A DNA stretch of 64,000 nt from Octopus sinensis. Its lineage: Eukaryota. Of the stretch, positions 27,453-41,019 are shown piece after piece. A model generated the notes under the pieces. It was given only the letters and a program-made list of their open reading frames with translations, had not been told where the DNA came from and searched no databases. Position 1 is the first letter of the stretch; every line of letters begins with the position of its first letter. The DNA is taken from assembly GCF_006345805.1 (NCBI RefSeq), contig NC_043018.1, forward strand, positions 19,468,001 through 19,532,000, written 5' to 3'. Both the position numbers and the translations under genes were made by a program.

Positions 27453-28185
27453 TTAACCCTTTCATTACCAACCCGGCTAAAACCGGCTCTGGCTCTGAGT
27501 ACAAATGTCTTGTTTTCATAAGTTTTGAATTAAAATCTTCCACCAAACCTTAGTCACAAATTATGTTCCTAACACCAGTTTAATGATAACTAAGTTATTT
27601 TACTAAATTCTTTGTTATATTTAAAATTAATTGAAAGAAACACAGAGCATCTTAAAATAAATACAGTAACTAAAGGGTTAAAATATATTATAAAGAAACA
27701 ATTTTTAACCCTTTTGATACCAACCCAGCTGAAACCAGTTCTGGCTCTGTAGTAAAAATGTCATTTTTTCATAAGTTTTGAATTAAAATCTTCCACCAAA
27801 CCTTAGTCACAAATTATGTTCCTAACACTAGCTTATTGATAACTAAGTTATTTTACTAAATTCTTTGTTATATTTAAAATTAATTGAAAGAAACACAGAG
27901 CATCTTAAAATAAATACAGTAACAAAAGGGTTAAAATATATTATAAAGAAACAATTTTTAACCCTTTTGATACCAACCCAGCTGAAACCAGTTCTGGCTC
28001 TGTAGTAAAAATGTCATTTTTTCATAAGTTTTGAATTAAAATCTTCCACCAAACCTTAGTCACAATTTATGTTCCTAACACTAGCTTAATGATAACCAAG
28101 TTAATTCACTAAATTCTTTGTTATATTTAAAATAATCAAAAGAAATGCAGAGCATTTCAAAATAATACAGTAATAAAAGGGTTAA
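27453..28185. mobile_element. Three tandem ~229-bp piggyBac-type MITEs (TTAA-CCCTTT..AAAGGG-TTAA)
   Basis: Copies 27453-27681, 27705-27934, 27958-28185, separated by an identical 23-bp spacer. Confidence 0.88.
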
Positions 28186-29444
28186 GGGCAGCTTGAGGGA
28201 GGTGGCATTTCTTCTACCTCTTATGTTTTGAGTTCAAATCCCTCCAAGGCCTGTCATCCATTCAGGGTCAATAAAATAAAGTACCAGTCAAGTACAGGGG
28301 TCAATGTAATCAACCAACCCACTACCCTAAAACTAGTGAACTTGTGCTAAAAATGTTGTTGTTATTGTTGTTATTATCCTTCTTCTTCTTCTTCTTCTTC
28401 TTCTTCTTCTTCTTGTGAATGAATTTGGTAGATGGAAACTGAAAGAATCCTATAAATCCATGCCAGTATGTACAATGGATGTTAAATGATAATATATGTG
28501 TGTGTGCATGTTTTTGTATCTGTGTTTGTCCCCCACCGCCGTTGCTTGACAACAGGTGTTGGTGTGTTTATGCCCCTGTAACTTAGCAGTTCAGCAAAAG
28601 AGAGCTGATTTAATATGTATCATGCTTAAAAAATTAAGTGCTGGGGTCAATTTGTTTGACTAAAATTCTTGAAGGTACTGCCCCAGCATGACCGCAGCCT
28701 AATGACTCAGACAAGTAAACAATAAAAGATATGTGTGTGTGCAATGGGGGGTCTTTGTGTCGTTTTACCCCCACCCCTTGACAACCAGTGTTGGTGTGTT
28801 TACATCCCTGTAACTTAAAGATTCAGTAAAAGAGATCAGTAGAATAAGTACCAGGGTAAACAATAATTCCTGTGGGGGGTGATTTGTTCAACTAAAATTA
28901 TTCAAGGTGGTGCCCCAGCTTGGCCACAGTCCAGTCTAATGAGTAAAACAAGTAAAAGAGAAAAGATGAAATTTGAGTCTCATCTCCTTAGGGACAGAGT
29001 TCAATTCTTACCTATTCTTGTTGATTTTTTTGCTTGTCTCGGCAAAGTTAATAATTATTTCAAATTTTTGCCACAAGGGCAGCTTGAGGGAGGTGGGAAT
29101 GAGTTGATTACATCAACCCCAGTGTTCAGCTGGTACTTATTTAATCGACCCCGAAAGGATGAAAGGCAAAGTCAACCTCGGCGGAATTTGAACTCAGAAC
29201 GTAGCAACAGGCGAAATACCGCTAAGCATTTCACCCAGCATGCTAATGACTCTCTATCAGCTGATTGCCCCATCTCTGCAAAGTTAATGATAAATTAATT
29301 ATCTGTTACGTGCTTAATTAATTAAGGTGATTATCTTTCTGCCTTCAAATTAGAAATGGGTACTGTGCCTCGTTAAAAGATATTAGTATTAAATAACTAC
29401 ACTTTAATGTCATCATCATCACCCACCATCTTTCTACTCCTCAT

Positions 29445-29705
29445 CTACCTTGTGAAAGGTAGGAGAGCCCAGTTTGCTGGACATTGTTGTAGAGCTGAAA
29501 AAGAGGTAATTTCTACTCTCCTCCTCTGGAAGCCATCTACTCGCAATGCCAGAGGGCGCACACTCTCCTACCCTGATGTAATCTCCAGGGATACAGGCAT
29601 CCAGCAACAGGACCTCCGTAATGCCATGATGGACTGTGAAGTCTGGCGTAGCGTGGTAAATTCCATTGTCTCGACCACGGTCGAACAATGGTGATGAATG
29701 ATGAC
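29445..29705 (+). mobile_element. RTE-like LINE 3' fragment (second family)
   Basis: LVKGRRAQFAGHCCRAEKEVISTLLLWKPSTRNARGRTLSYPDVISRDTG..WRSVVNSI resembles the RTE ORF C-terminus; short TGA-repeat tail; second copy at 34150-34325(-). Confidence 0.7.
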
Positions 29706-29910
29706 TCCTCATCATCTCCACCATCACCATCAATGAAATAAGTACCAGTTATGCACTGGGGTTGATGTAATTGACTTAATCCCCTCTCCCAAGCTGTAGT
29801 TGTGGCAAAAATTTGAAATCATTATTGCAATAACCCAAGTGTGAACAATAACAACAGCACCGACAACAACATATACCCCAAAACAAAGCCGGTTCATATG
29901 AATATATGAA

Positions 29911-30790
29911 TACTAGCAGCTAAGCCTGGTTTCACCCGGTTGGTTTGGATGATATGGCTGTAAAACCTGTTCTGTGTAAGCATTCGACTTGTTTGGGAAT
30001 GCTTACGTTAAAAAGCAATTTTAGAACGATTTTTTGCTGTCAAAACGCTAACGAACAAACTCTTCCGAACAAAATGCTGACAAACAAAAGAAAACAATCA
30101 GGATTCAACCAAATCAAAAAATAAACCCAAATACTAAGTGAACAAAGATGAACCATCCCACTTCCATTGCGCATGCACATGCACACACACACCCACAAAC
30201 ACACACACACATTCACATACCCCCCTTTCACATACACACACATATATTCACACAGAGTTGAAAAGCTGTTTGATTTATTTTTGTCAGTGTACAATTTTCA
30301 TCATCCCACTACCAAGTATGACATCACCCCTTCCTTCCTCATTCATCTATCACCCCTTCCTTTCTCGTTCATAAACACAAGAGTATTATTATAGTAGATT
30401 ATCTCAGTAACCATGTGAGCTATGAAAAATATGACATCACCCCTTCCTTCCTCATTCATAAACACAAGAGTATTGTTATAGTAGATTATCTCAGTAACCA
30501 TGGGAGCTATGAAAAAATATGACATCACCCCTTCCTTCCTCATTCATAAACACAAGAGTATTGTTATAGTAGATTATCTCAGTAACCATGTGAGCTATGA
30601 AAAATATGACATCACCCCTTCCTTCCTCATTCATAAACACAAGAGTATTGTTATAGTAGATTATCTCAGTAACCATGTGAGCTATGAAAAATATGACATC
30701 ACCCCTTTCTTTCTCATTCGTAAACACAAGAGTATTGTTATAGTAGATTATCTCAGTAACCACAGGAGCTATGAAAGAAATACAAAGCCC
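29911..30790 (+). mobile_element. Helitron-like non-autonomous element containing an 87-bp tandem repeat (~5 copies, 30320-30780)
   Basis: 5' TACTAGCAGCTAAGCCTGGTTTCACCCGG parallels 38494 (TACTAGCAGTATCACCCGGCGTTACTCGGG); GACATC at 30433, 30521, 30608, 30695. 3' end not defined. Confidence 0.5.
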
Positions 30791-31337
30791 AGCATCAACA
30801 CCAGATCCTTCTACACATGTGTAATTTTTCGCGTGATTCGACCCGGCCGTTTGACTGTGAATCCCAAGACAAGAAAGACTCACCCATGTCAAATTTACAT
30901 GTATAGATGTAAACTAAAGCCAATAGGTGAATTTTTTTTTCTTCTTGTCTTGTGCATAGATTAGAAGAGGGATAAAAAGGAGATTTACTTTTCATCTGAC
31001 GCTTTGATCAAAGATCAATGTTTAAATGTTTCAAATTGATCTCTCGTTGTTGATCACACGAAAAATGGTAATCAATAAAGGCGGAAGAAACCCCGACTGT
31101 TATTTCAACAATTTCAATTATTGATTCCAAAGATTTCTGAAAAGCAGTTTTAACGATTCTTCACTGTCAATGTTTTTGTATGATCTCCCAGGTTTAATGA
31201 CAAATAATTTTGTCTTCACTCAAATGATAACAACAACAACAACAACAGCAGCAACAACAATAATAAGGGCTTCGACTTTTGGCACAAGGCCAGCAAGGTT
31301 AGAGGCGGGAGTAAGTCAGTTATATTGATTCCAGTAC

Positions 31338-31445
31338 TCAACTACTACTACTACTACTACAACTACTACTACTACTACTACTACCATTTCTGCTGCTGCT
31401 GCTACTACTACTACTACTACTACTACTACAACTACTACTACTACA

Positions 31446-31477
<32 letters not shown>

Positions 31478-31530
31478 CATTTCTGCTGCTGCTACTACTA
31501 CTACCACCACCACCATTTCTGCTGCTGCTG

Positions 31531-31578
<48 letters not shown>

Positions 31579-31609
31579 ACTACTACTACCATTTCTGCTG
31601 CTGCTGCTG

Positions 31610-31640
<31 letters not shown>

Positions 31641-31732
31641 AACTACTACTACTACTAACTACTACTACTACTACTACCATTCTGCTGCTGCTACTACTAC
31701 TACCACCACCACCATTTCTGCTGCTGCTGCTG

Positions 31733-31781
<49 letters not shown>

Positions 31782-32080
31782 CACTTCTACTGCTGCTGCT
31801 ACTACTACTACTACTACTACTACTATTTCTGCTACTACTGTTGCAGATGCTGCTGCTGCTACTACTACTACTACCACTACTACTACTAACTACTACTACT
31901 ATTTCTGCTACTACTGTAGCAGATGCTGCTGCTGCTGCTACTACTACTATTACCACCACTTCTACTGCTGCTGCTACTACTACTATTACTACTGACAATA
32001 ATAATAATAATAATAATGATAATAATAATAATAATAAAGATAATGATGATAATAATAATAATAAAGATAATGATGATAAT
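31338..32080. repeat. (CTA)n/(CTG)n/(AAT)n compound microsatellite with recurring CCATTTCTGCTG
   Basis: Direct reading. Confidence 0.93.
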
Positions 32081-32316
32081 AATGGTTTCAAATTTTGCCA
32101 CAAGGGCTGCACTTTTGAGGAAGGGGGTGTGTTGATTACATCAACCCTCATTGTTCAACTGGTTTTCATTTTATCGACCCTGAATGGATGAAAGGTAAGT
32201 TCGACCTCGGTTGAATTTGAACTCAGAACATAGCAACGGACGAAGTACCACTAAGTATTTCATCCAGCGCACTAACGATTCTGCTAGCTTGCCACCTTAA
32301 TAATAATAATGATATA

Positions 32317-32361
<45 letters not shown>

Positions 32362-32378
32362 TAATAATAATAATAATG

Positions 32379-32422
<44 letters not shown>

Positions 32423-32689
32423 CATCATCATCATCGTTTAATGTCCGTTTTTCATGCTGGCATAGGTTGGATGGTTTGACTGGGGTCTGGGAAGCCAGGA
32501 GGCTGCACCAGGCTCCAGTCTGATTTGGCAGTGTTTCTACGGCTGGATGCCCTTCCTAACGCCAACCACTCTGTGAGTGTAGTGGGTGGTTTTTACGTGC
32601 CACCAGCACAGGTGCCAGGCAAGGCTGGCAACAGCTACGATCGGTTGGTGCTTTTTACGTGCCACCAACACGGAAGCCAGTAATAATAA

Positions 32690-32995
32690 TTAGGAAGAAT
32701 TTGGAATATAAGAACTCTCAAGGTCGTACCTATAATAATTGGTGTGTTAGGAAAAGTAAACCAAGGTATAGAGGAATGGCTGAAGGAGATTGAAATAGAA
32801 AGCCCGGTAGAGCTCCAACAGAAAGTTTGTCTCTTGGGGACAGCAGGGATTATCAGCAAGGATTATCAGGAGGGTCCTAAGCACTTGAAAGACTACTGAA
32901 AACTTTTGGATACCTTAGGTTACAGGTAGTAATCCGCTACTCAGATAAATCCTATCAGGAGGGAAACCAAACATGAGCCAAAATGAATAATGATT
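32690..32995 (+). mobile_element. R4/Dong-like (RLE-endonuclease clade) LINE 3' fragment
   Basis: LGRIWNIRTLKVVPIIIGVLGKVNQGIEEWLKEIEIESPVELQQKVCLLGTAGII matches the VVPxxIGxLG..QKxxLLGTA C-terminal motif of RLE-type elements; begins right after TAATAATAA. Confidence 0.75.
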
Positions 32996-33435
32996 CATCA
33001 TGGCCGCAGACTAATGACTGAAACAAGTAAAAGACAAAAGACAAAAGATTAAAGATTAAAGGCATTTTGATTTCCAAATGTATAGCTTTTTTATTCAAAC
33101 TCTGTTCAACTTATGGAGATCTTAGTCTTGTGAGCTCACTGGTGCTGGTGCCAGGGCAGAAAAAGCATCCAATTTTATTCTGTGAAGGAACTGGCATCCG
33201 GAAGGAAGAGCATCCAGCTGCAGGAACCATGCCGAAGCTGACTGCAGTCCTTTCACTCAGCGGATCCTGTTTATTAAAAGGATGATGATGATGATGATGA
33301 TGATGACTGTGGTGGTGGGGGGGATGATGATGATGTTGATGGTGATGATGATGGTGGTGGTGATGATGATGATGGTGGTGGGGATGATGATGGCGGTGGT
33401 GGTGGTAGTGGTAAGGAGGATGATGATGATGACAG

Positions 33436-33467
<32 letters not shown>

Positions 33468-34655
33468 CTGGTGTTGGTGTTGGTGATGGGGGTGGGGGTA
33501 AGGATGGTGATCATGATGATGGTGATGATAATGGTGGTGGTGGTGGTGGAGGTGGTGGCAGTAGTGGATGTGGTGGTGGTGGTGGTGGTGGGGAAGATGG
33601 TGATGTTGATGGTGATGATGGTGAGGATGATGGCGATGATGATGACAGTGATGATTACGACGACGACGATGACAACGATGACAACGATGATGATGATAAT
33701 CTTAACGATGACAATAACGACGCAACGTTAATTCTTCGAGTTTGTCGCAAACGATGCCGGCTGGAAGACAAATTTTACATGCAACACGCATTAACAAGGT
33801 TTTATGGATTAATTGCAAAATTGACTGCAAGGCTTATCCACAATCACAATCAGATAAACTCACAACAAAGCAGCTCAGACGCTTCATTCAAAACACGAAA
33901 CGGAGATGCCCATACGATCGTAATATAATGGGTCCAGTCCATGGCAGATTGATGCTTCCTAATGTAATTATTGCTAATGCTTGCCTCATAAACAAACCGG
34001 TTGTCGTTTGGTTTTCGTCGTATAAACTTGTTATGTATTTTTATTGCTAAATTGTATTGTTTGGTAATGTCTTTTTAAGGTTATCTCAGCAGGTTTCCTA
34101 TGGAAATTACATCTGGCGCTGATTTCTTATGTTTCACATCTGATTATGTTTTGTAGTATATTACATCATCATCACCATTGTTCGACCGTAGTCGAGAGAA
34201 TGGAATTTACCATGCTATGCCAGACTTCACGGTCCATCATAGCATTACAGAGGTCCATCATAGCATTGCTGGATGCCTGTATCCCTGGAGATTACATCAG
34301 GGTAGGAGAGTGTGCGCCCTCAGTTGCGTAATGAAATACGATAACCCTACACATCTTTAATATTTATGCACCAGCTTCCAGGAATGTGTTTAACATGGAG
34401 AACTGGTATGTCCAATTGTGTTTTACACTGCTTTTTTTTAGGGGTTATTTAAACAACATGTTCGTGGATGGTCAATGGGTCGGATGAGTGTGAATGAAGG
34501 AGCAAAAACTCCTGAAGGATGGCATGCACACCCATTAACCCCATTTTTCACCTTGGATCAGACTGGAGCCTGGTGCAGCCTCCTGGCTTCCCAGACCCCA
34601 GTCGAACCGTCCAACCCATACTAGCATGGAAAACGGACGTTAAACAATGATGATA

Positions 34656-34700
<45 letters not shown>

Positions 34701-34865
34701 CTCTCATTGTTGTTTACATCAGATGTCTCGGATATGAAACTTCATAACAAATCAGAGTTGGTTTATAGTTTTTATAGTAAAATCTGTAGAGAGAACCTTA
34801 ACAAGTGATGTAGTAGCACTGCTAACACAGTAGAACACAGTATTGGCTTATAAAAACGTTCAATA

Positions 34866-35500
34866 TACAGGGTGTTCAAAAAGTCTCCCTGCAATAAGTA
34901 TTTTATTGCAAAATAAATATTTATTAGAAGGTATAAGACTACAAAAGAATATATTAGACTTTACAAGACTTAGAAAGTTACTATTTTTAAATCTCACAAC
35001 GAGAGATATTCAGCAACAGTACTTTGTAGTAAAGATTGTTTACCAACATAACATGACAGTCCTGGATTAGGACTGCGATGTTATGTTGGCATTCGTCCTA
35101 AACCAGGGCTGCCATGTAATGTCGGCAAACAATCTTTACAAGACTTGAAAAAACTTTATAAGAGGTGCTGAAAGTGTCGTCCTTCATTTTCAATACATAA
35201 AATTTAATTACATTTTTACTGCCACGTGAGCACTTCCTAGGCTGAATTCTGTTTCCTGTGACAATTTGCAGAAGGACTTTGATGGGCTTGCCAATAGTTC
35301 ATCAGAAATATTGGAGAGTGTTTCATCTGAAAGAACAGTAGGCCTACCATTTCTTGTTGTGTCTTCCACTGAGCCTGTGTGTTTTTAAATTTTCTTATCA
35401 AGTCCTGCACAGTGTCACAATGTGGAACAACAGTATTTGGAAAAGTTTCACCGAAATTCTGTGCATTTGTTTCCAGCTTGAAACACCCATTCAACTAAAA
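34866..35500 (-). mobile_element. Tc1/mariner-superfamily remnant (one TIR + N-terminal HTH fragment)
   Basis: TA-CAGGGTGTTCAAAAAGTC terminus at 34866; minus strand KHTGSVEDTTRNGRPTVLSDETLSNISDELLASPSKSFCKLSQETEFS with stops and frameshifts. Confidence 0.72.
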
Positions 35501-35556
35501 ATATGTGTGTGTGGTGGTGATGATGGTGGTGATGATGGTGGTGGTGGTGGTGGTGG

Positions 35557-35587
<31 letters not shown>

Positions 35588-35592
35588 GGTGG

Positions 35593-35626
<34 letters not shown>

Positions 35627-35628
35627 GG

Positions 35629-35660
<32 letters not shown>

Positions 35661-35721
35661 ATGATGATGATGATGATGATGATGACGACGACGACGACGA
35701 TGATGATGATGATGATGATGA

Positions 35722-35760
<39 letters not shown>

Positions 35761-36417
35761 TGATGATGATGATGATGATGGTGAACTCTTTGTGGACAGA
35801 AAAAGATGTGATTTGTCAGGCTGGTGCCAATCTTCATGTTGGGACCTCGTTAGAGATCAACTACCTTCATTAACCATTTTCATAGAAATATTATTCATAA
35901 GGTCATTGCCATATTTCTTCTGAGCTCGTAAGTTCCAAGTTCTAACCTTACCTGGATCAACTTTGCCTTTGGTCCTGCCAGGGCCAATAAAAACAAATCA
36001 TCAATCAACCATTGGCATCAACAATATCGGTTAACCTTTTTCCTTTGCAAGATTTGTTGCAAAATCAGACACATTTATAAACAAGTACTTCACAGAACTG
36101 AATAATCTGATTTGCATAAGCCTATGCATTCTGAGCCCTCATTTCGCTTAATATATTACTTGTGTACTGAAAGTGTGTTCTTACAATAAAGTAAATGCAA
36201 TAGATTTTTGTTTGGTCAATACTGTGTGCAGACAGATAAGAGCCGCTTGTCTTTTATCCATAAATATATGTCTGTCACTTAAGCCCACACCTAACATTAA
36301 TAACAATAAGGTAATGGACGCATACAGAGAGAGAGAGAAAAGAAAGAGATAGGAAGAGAGAATGGAAATAGAGTGAGGGGTTGTTGATGATGACATAAGG
36401 TCTGGGATCCAGGGAAT

Positions 36418-36900
36418 GGGGTGGGGTGGGGCAGGGGTGGGGTGGGGCAGGGGTGGGGTGGGGGTTCCACAAGGTAATCAGACTTATTGACATTCTGTAG
36501 ACTCTCTTTTGTGTGGAAGACAGTATTGAAGGAGGAGATGGAGAGGGAGAGAAAGGGGATAGAGAGAAGAGAGGGAAAGGTAGAGGAGGAGGAGAAAGGA
36601 GAAGAGAAAGGAGTGGGGAGAGAGAGGAGAGAGAGAGAGAAGGGAGAGAGAGGGAGGAGGAGAGAGAAGAGAGAAAGGGAGAAAGTGGAAGAGAGGAGAA
36701 ATGAAGGGGACAGAGGGAAAGATAGAAGAGAAGGGAGAGAGGGGAAGAAAGGGGTAGAGAGAGGAAAGAAAGAATAGAAGAGGAGAGAAGGGTGAGAGGG
36801 AGAAAGGGAGTGAGTGGGTAAGAGAGAGACAGAGGGAGAGATGGAAAGAGAGGGAGGGAGAGAGGAGGATGTGTGAGAAATGATGAAAGAGAAGGAGAAA
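36418..36900. repeat. GGGGT G-run cluster (36418-36464) and ~400-bp polypurine tract
   Basis: Nine runs of at least 4 G; 36520-36900 is almost exclusively A/G. Confidence 0.9.
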
Positions 36901-37694
36901 AAAACATTTTTAACTGCCCTCTAAAGATATAGCAACCAAATTAAGTCAAATCGCATCATATTTATTGTTAAAACGGAAGGACACATTAAATAATATATGA
37001 TCCATGATAAACAGAATGTAGGGAAGATCACGACTGGAGAGTCTTTCCTCATAGGTCGACTCTATGAAATAAGTGGATGGGGGGGAGGATAAACAACAAC
37101 AACAACAACAACAGCAGCAGCAGCAAAGTAATTTAATTATGTAAATTCATATTTCTTTTAATTAATGAATGGGGAGATATTAAGCATTCCGGCTGGGAAT
37201 CTTCACGTGAAACTAGAAACGTCAATCTTAGAAAATTGAATGAAAATGAAGAATATGCTGAGAATTCTTTGCCTAATAGAGTTTGTTCCTGACAGAAATT
37301 AATATTTATGAAACAATATATATATACATGTGTATGTGTGAGTGTATACGTGTGTGTGTGTGTATGTGTGAGTGTGTGTGTGTGTATATATTTATATATA
37401 CATATATATACATATGTATATACATATATATTATATATATGTATACATATTATATACATATTATATACATATATTATATATATATGCACACATATGTATG
37501 TACATGCATATATATATGTATATACACATATGTATATACATACATATATCCATATACATGACATGCATAAATACACACATAAACACTTATATACATACAT
37601 GCATACATGTATATGTACACACATATATACATACATATACACACACACACATAAATATATGTATACAAACACAAATAGACATATATATATATAT

Positions 37695-37729
<35 letters not shown>

Positions 37730-38116
37730 AGTACACATAAGCAAACGTATATACATACACGTGTACAAACACACATACACTCACACACACACACTCACTC
37801 ACAAACACACACACAAACATATACACACACCAAACACACACACATACATATAACATACAAAATTAAACGTCGGATCCCTATAATTTAGCAATACTGGGAA
37901 ATACAGACTCACCAGGTTTATTGCATATTTAAGCTAATCCTTATATTTGGTGGTGTCCCTTTATGTATATTCTAAGTTTGAAATATGAGTTAATCCTCAC
38001 ATTTTTCTATTCATCTTCCTCGGGTCAATAAAACTGGGATAACAGTAATATCATAATGATTACAGAGTGGGAGGCACATGTTAGCTATTCAGAAACTGTT
38101 ACCTTCACTTAAACAT

Positions 38117-38485
38117 TTATTTCCTCTGCCTTAGCAAAGATAGAGATATTGTTTTCAGTTGTGTTTGTTTGTTTGTCAATTGCCAAGATATCTCAAGAAC
38201 CGTTGGATGGATTCAGATGAAACTTTCAGGGATGTTTGGCCTCGTGACTGGCATGAAACGATTAGATTTTGGGATCAATCCAGTACTTGACAAGGATTCT
38301 GGATTATTTGTCCATTTTTTTTTACTTAACTTTTGAGAGCGGTCGGGTTCATTTTTAGTATTCTCATTTGTGAGAGCAATCGAGTTTATTTCAGATATTC
38401 TTATTTAAAAATCATCTCCAACTAATCGTTGAGAGGACATTGGTGCTTCCTTGGCAGAGGTTTGCACTCTCTGAGTGCTCTTGTT
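38117..38485 (+). mobile_element. Helentron-associated non-autonomous element (HINE/DINE-1-like)
   Basis: Subterminal inverted repeats CCTCTGCC / GGCAGAGG, TGTTTGTT microsatellite after the 5' end, 3' hairpin GCACTC-TCT-GAGTGC then TT. Confidence 0.75.
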
Positions 38486-38493
38486 CTATAGAA

Positions 38494-38893
38494 TACTAGC
38501 AGTATCACCCGGCGTTACTCGGGTTTGTAAGGGAAATAACTATATAAGCATTTTTAGAGAGTTATAGCCAAAAAATAGCAAAAAAATGCATTAAAAATGG
38601 AAAAAAAATGATGGTAAATTTTTTTTAAATCGTTGACTCATCGTAGACATTTTTAGAGAGTTACTTCCCTTATATAATAGCGAAAAAATGCATTAAAATG
38701 GAAAAAAATGATGGTAAATTATTTTTAAAATTGTAGACTCATCGTAGACGCGCGCTAATACCCAGAAGGGCTTGATATGAATCACGACTATAAGATACCC
38801 GCTTTTGGTTACACTGCAACGCAAAATGCGGGAGTAGTTAGGGATCTAAATCGTAAGAGACAGACACACAACTTCACTTTTATATATAAAGAT
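38494..38893 (+). mobile_element. Non-autonomous Helitron-like element
   Basis: 5' ACTAG + hairpin CCCGGCGTTACTCGGG, internal ~110-bp direct repeat, 3' CAGACACACAACTTCACTTTTATATATAAAGAT. Confidence 0.6.
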
Positions 38894-38954
38894 GATGTCA
38901 AAAGTGTCATTGCGCCAAACTGCTACCTGGCCACTGATGAAATTTGCTCTGTGA

Positions 38955-39822
38955 TAGAGGTGTTTGGGCTAAATTTGACATTTTGCAGGAAAGGTAAAGA
39001 AAATACGATGTAAATTTCAAAAATAAGTGTTATGAAAAATAAAAATATATTGACTGAACTATGGCTGGAGATAACAGTTTGCTCAAAATAGCTGCCTTCA
39101 TCTTCCACCACAACCTCAAGATGGCTCAGGAGCCTGGCACTGTGTCCCTGGGAAGATCTTTGAATGCCTCCTTCATCTTAGCCTTGGGGCTGCAAGCAGA
39201 GCAATTGGTGTCTTTCTCAACCATTGCATGAATAATGTAAAGCATGAGATTATAATCAGGGGATTTCAGAGGTCAAAAATTGGGGCTGGTGGAGTTGTAA
39301 AAATTCTCTTCTGACTCTTGCTGAAGGTGTATCAAAGAGCTGAATTCTGCTGCCACACATGGCCTTCCATCAGCAACCTTCTCCAACCAGGGTTTGACTG
39401 CAGTCTTCAGCAGCTTTACATAACCATCTGAATTGAGCCTAAGGACTTGCTCAAAGATGTGGGGTGGCATGATGTCACCATCCCTGGGGGGCAGGGAATG
39501 ATGTCGCTCTCACTGGAGACACACCCAAAGACCATCAAAGCTGCCTATGTCACATCTTACGACCTTTATAGTGTTCACAGAGCATTGAACAACAGTTACG
39601 ATATCGACATTTTGATACCCAGTGCAAACCATCATGACACAGATAACTCTTTCCCAACATTCAGATCGCTTCCAGTCCTCCATATCAGCCAACTTTTTCT
39701 CAACTACAGCTTCAGTTTTTATGCTCTTCAATGCTGTTGATTGTTTACCAATACATTGAACTGTTCCTGAAAAAAAGGGAGATGAAAAAAATCCCCTTAA
39801 AATTTAGCCTGATCACGCTGTA
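38955..39822 (-). mobile_element. Internally deleted Tc1/mariner (maT/DD37D-like) transposon
   Basis: Imperfect TIRs TAGAGGTGTTTGGGCTAAATTT / AAATTTAGCCTGATCACGCTGTA; fragments MPPHIFEQVLRLNSDGYVKLLKTAVKPWLEKVADGRP.., YNSTSPNF*PLKSPDYN (decayed WPPxSPDxNP) and ..VVEDEGSYFEQ. Confidence 0.82.
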
Positions 39823-40982
39823 TTATACTAAATACTAAATTGAGATAACTGTCATATTATTATATCATTTAATAGATCAGTGATTGTGTATCACTTTGAA
39901 AACTGTATATTTTCGAATGGGATTTTAGCAGTACCACCTGAACCAGGCTATTATTCTGTGCTGAGGAAGAGAAATAACCCAGAAACCACAGTCCAAGATA
40001 TTGCTCTGTACTGAGTGGGGGTGCTGAGCTCCCCTGTTCAAAAATATAAGGACACAGATGTGTGTCATATAGCCAGTTGGAGGCGTTGTTTCCTGGGGTT
40101 AAAACAACAGTAACATTCATCCCAATCAGGACTGCCACATTATGTTGGCAAATAATCTTTACTTTATTATATTATTATATCAGACTCAATACTTCATCTG
40201 GATAACTGCTGTATTGAAGACTGAAGTGGGACAACTGATATATGATATTATATACTGGTTTCAAAGTTTAGCACACAAAACCAACAATTTCAGGGAAGTG
40301 GTAGTGGGGGGGCGTGTTGATTCCTTCGAATCCTAGGGCTCAACTGCTGCTTATAAAAAATAACCCTGAAAGAATGAAAGGCAAAGTCACCCTCGGTGAA
40401 ATTTGAACTCAGAACATAAAGTCAGATATGCATTTTGCTTGATGTGCTAATGATTCTGCCAGTGTACCGCCTTAGATAATTTTATATATTAAAATAGAAA
40501 CTGGGAGTTGAAACCAGGAAACCAGCCCCTATGAACCAGGCAGGGCTTGAGAAGGAACAAACAACAATGATGTGATTGTCTACTTTTAGAATTATATTGT
40601 GAGTCAAGTGTAAGAGGTCAGATCTGGCCAGTCTGAAGATAAAACACAAAGGTTATTTTGGCGGGATATGTTATCCCTGAGACAGTGGCACGTAAAAGCA
40701 ACATCTGAACGTGGCCAATGCCAGTGCCGCCTAGACTGGCTTCCGTGCCGGTGGCATGTAAAATGCACCAATCCGATCGTGGCCGTTGCCAGCCTCGCCT
40801 GGCACCTGTGCAGGTGGCACGTAAAAAGCACTCACTACACTCACGGAGTAGTTGGCGTTAGGAAGGGCATCCAGCCATAGAAACACTGCCAGATCAGACT
40901 GGAGCCTGGTGCAGCCTTCTGGCTTCCCAGATCCCCGGTCGAACCGTCCAACCCATGCTAGCATGGAGAACGGACATTAAAC

Positions 40983-41019
<37 letters not shown>

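Noticed and set aside
35945-36020. Minus-strand exon-like CQWLIDDLFLLALAGPKAKLIQ with GTAAGG donor
   Set aside because: The segment resembles a diverged copy of the Deu/Nin-like SINE (AAAGGCAAAGT.GA.C..).
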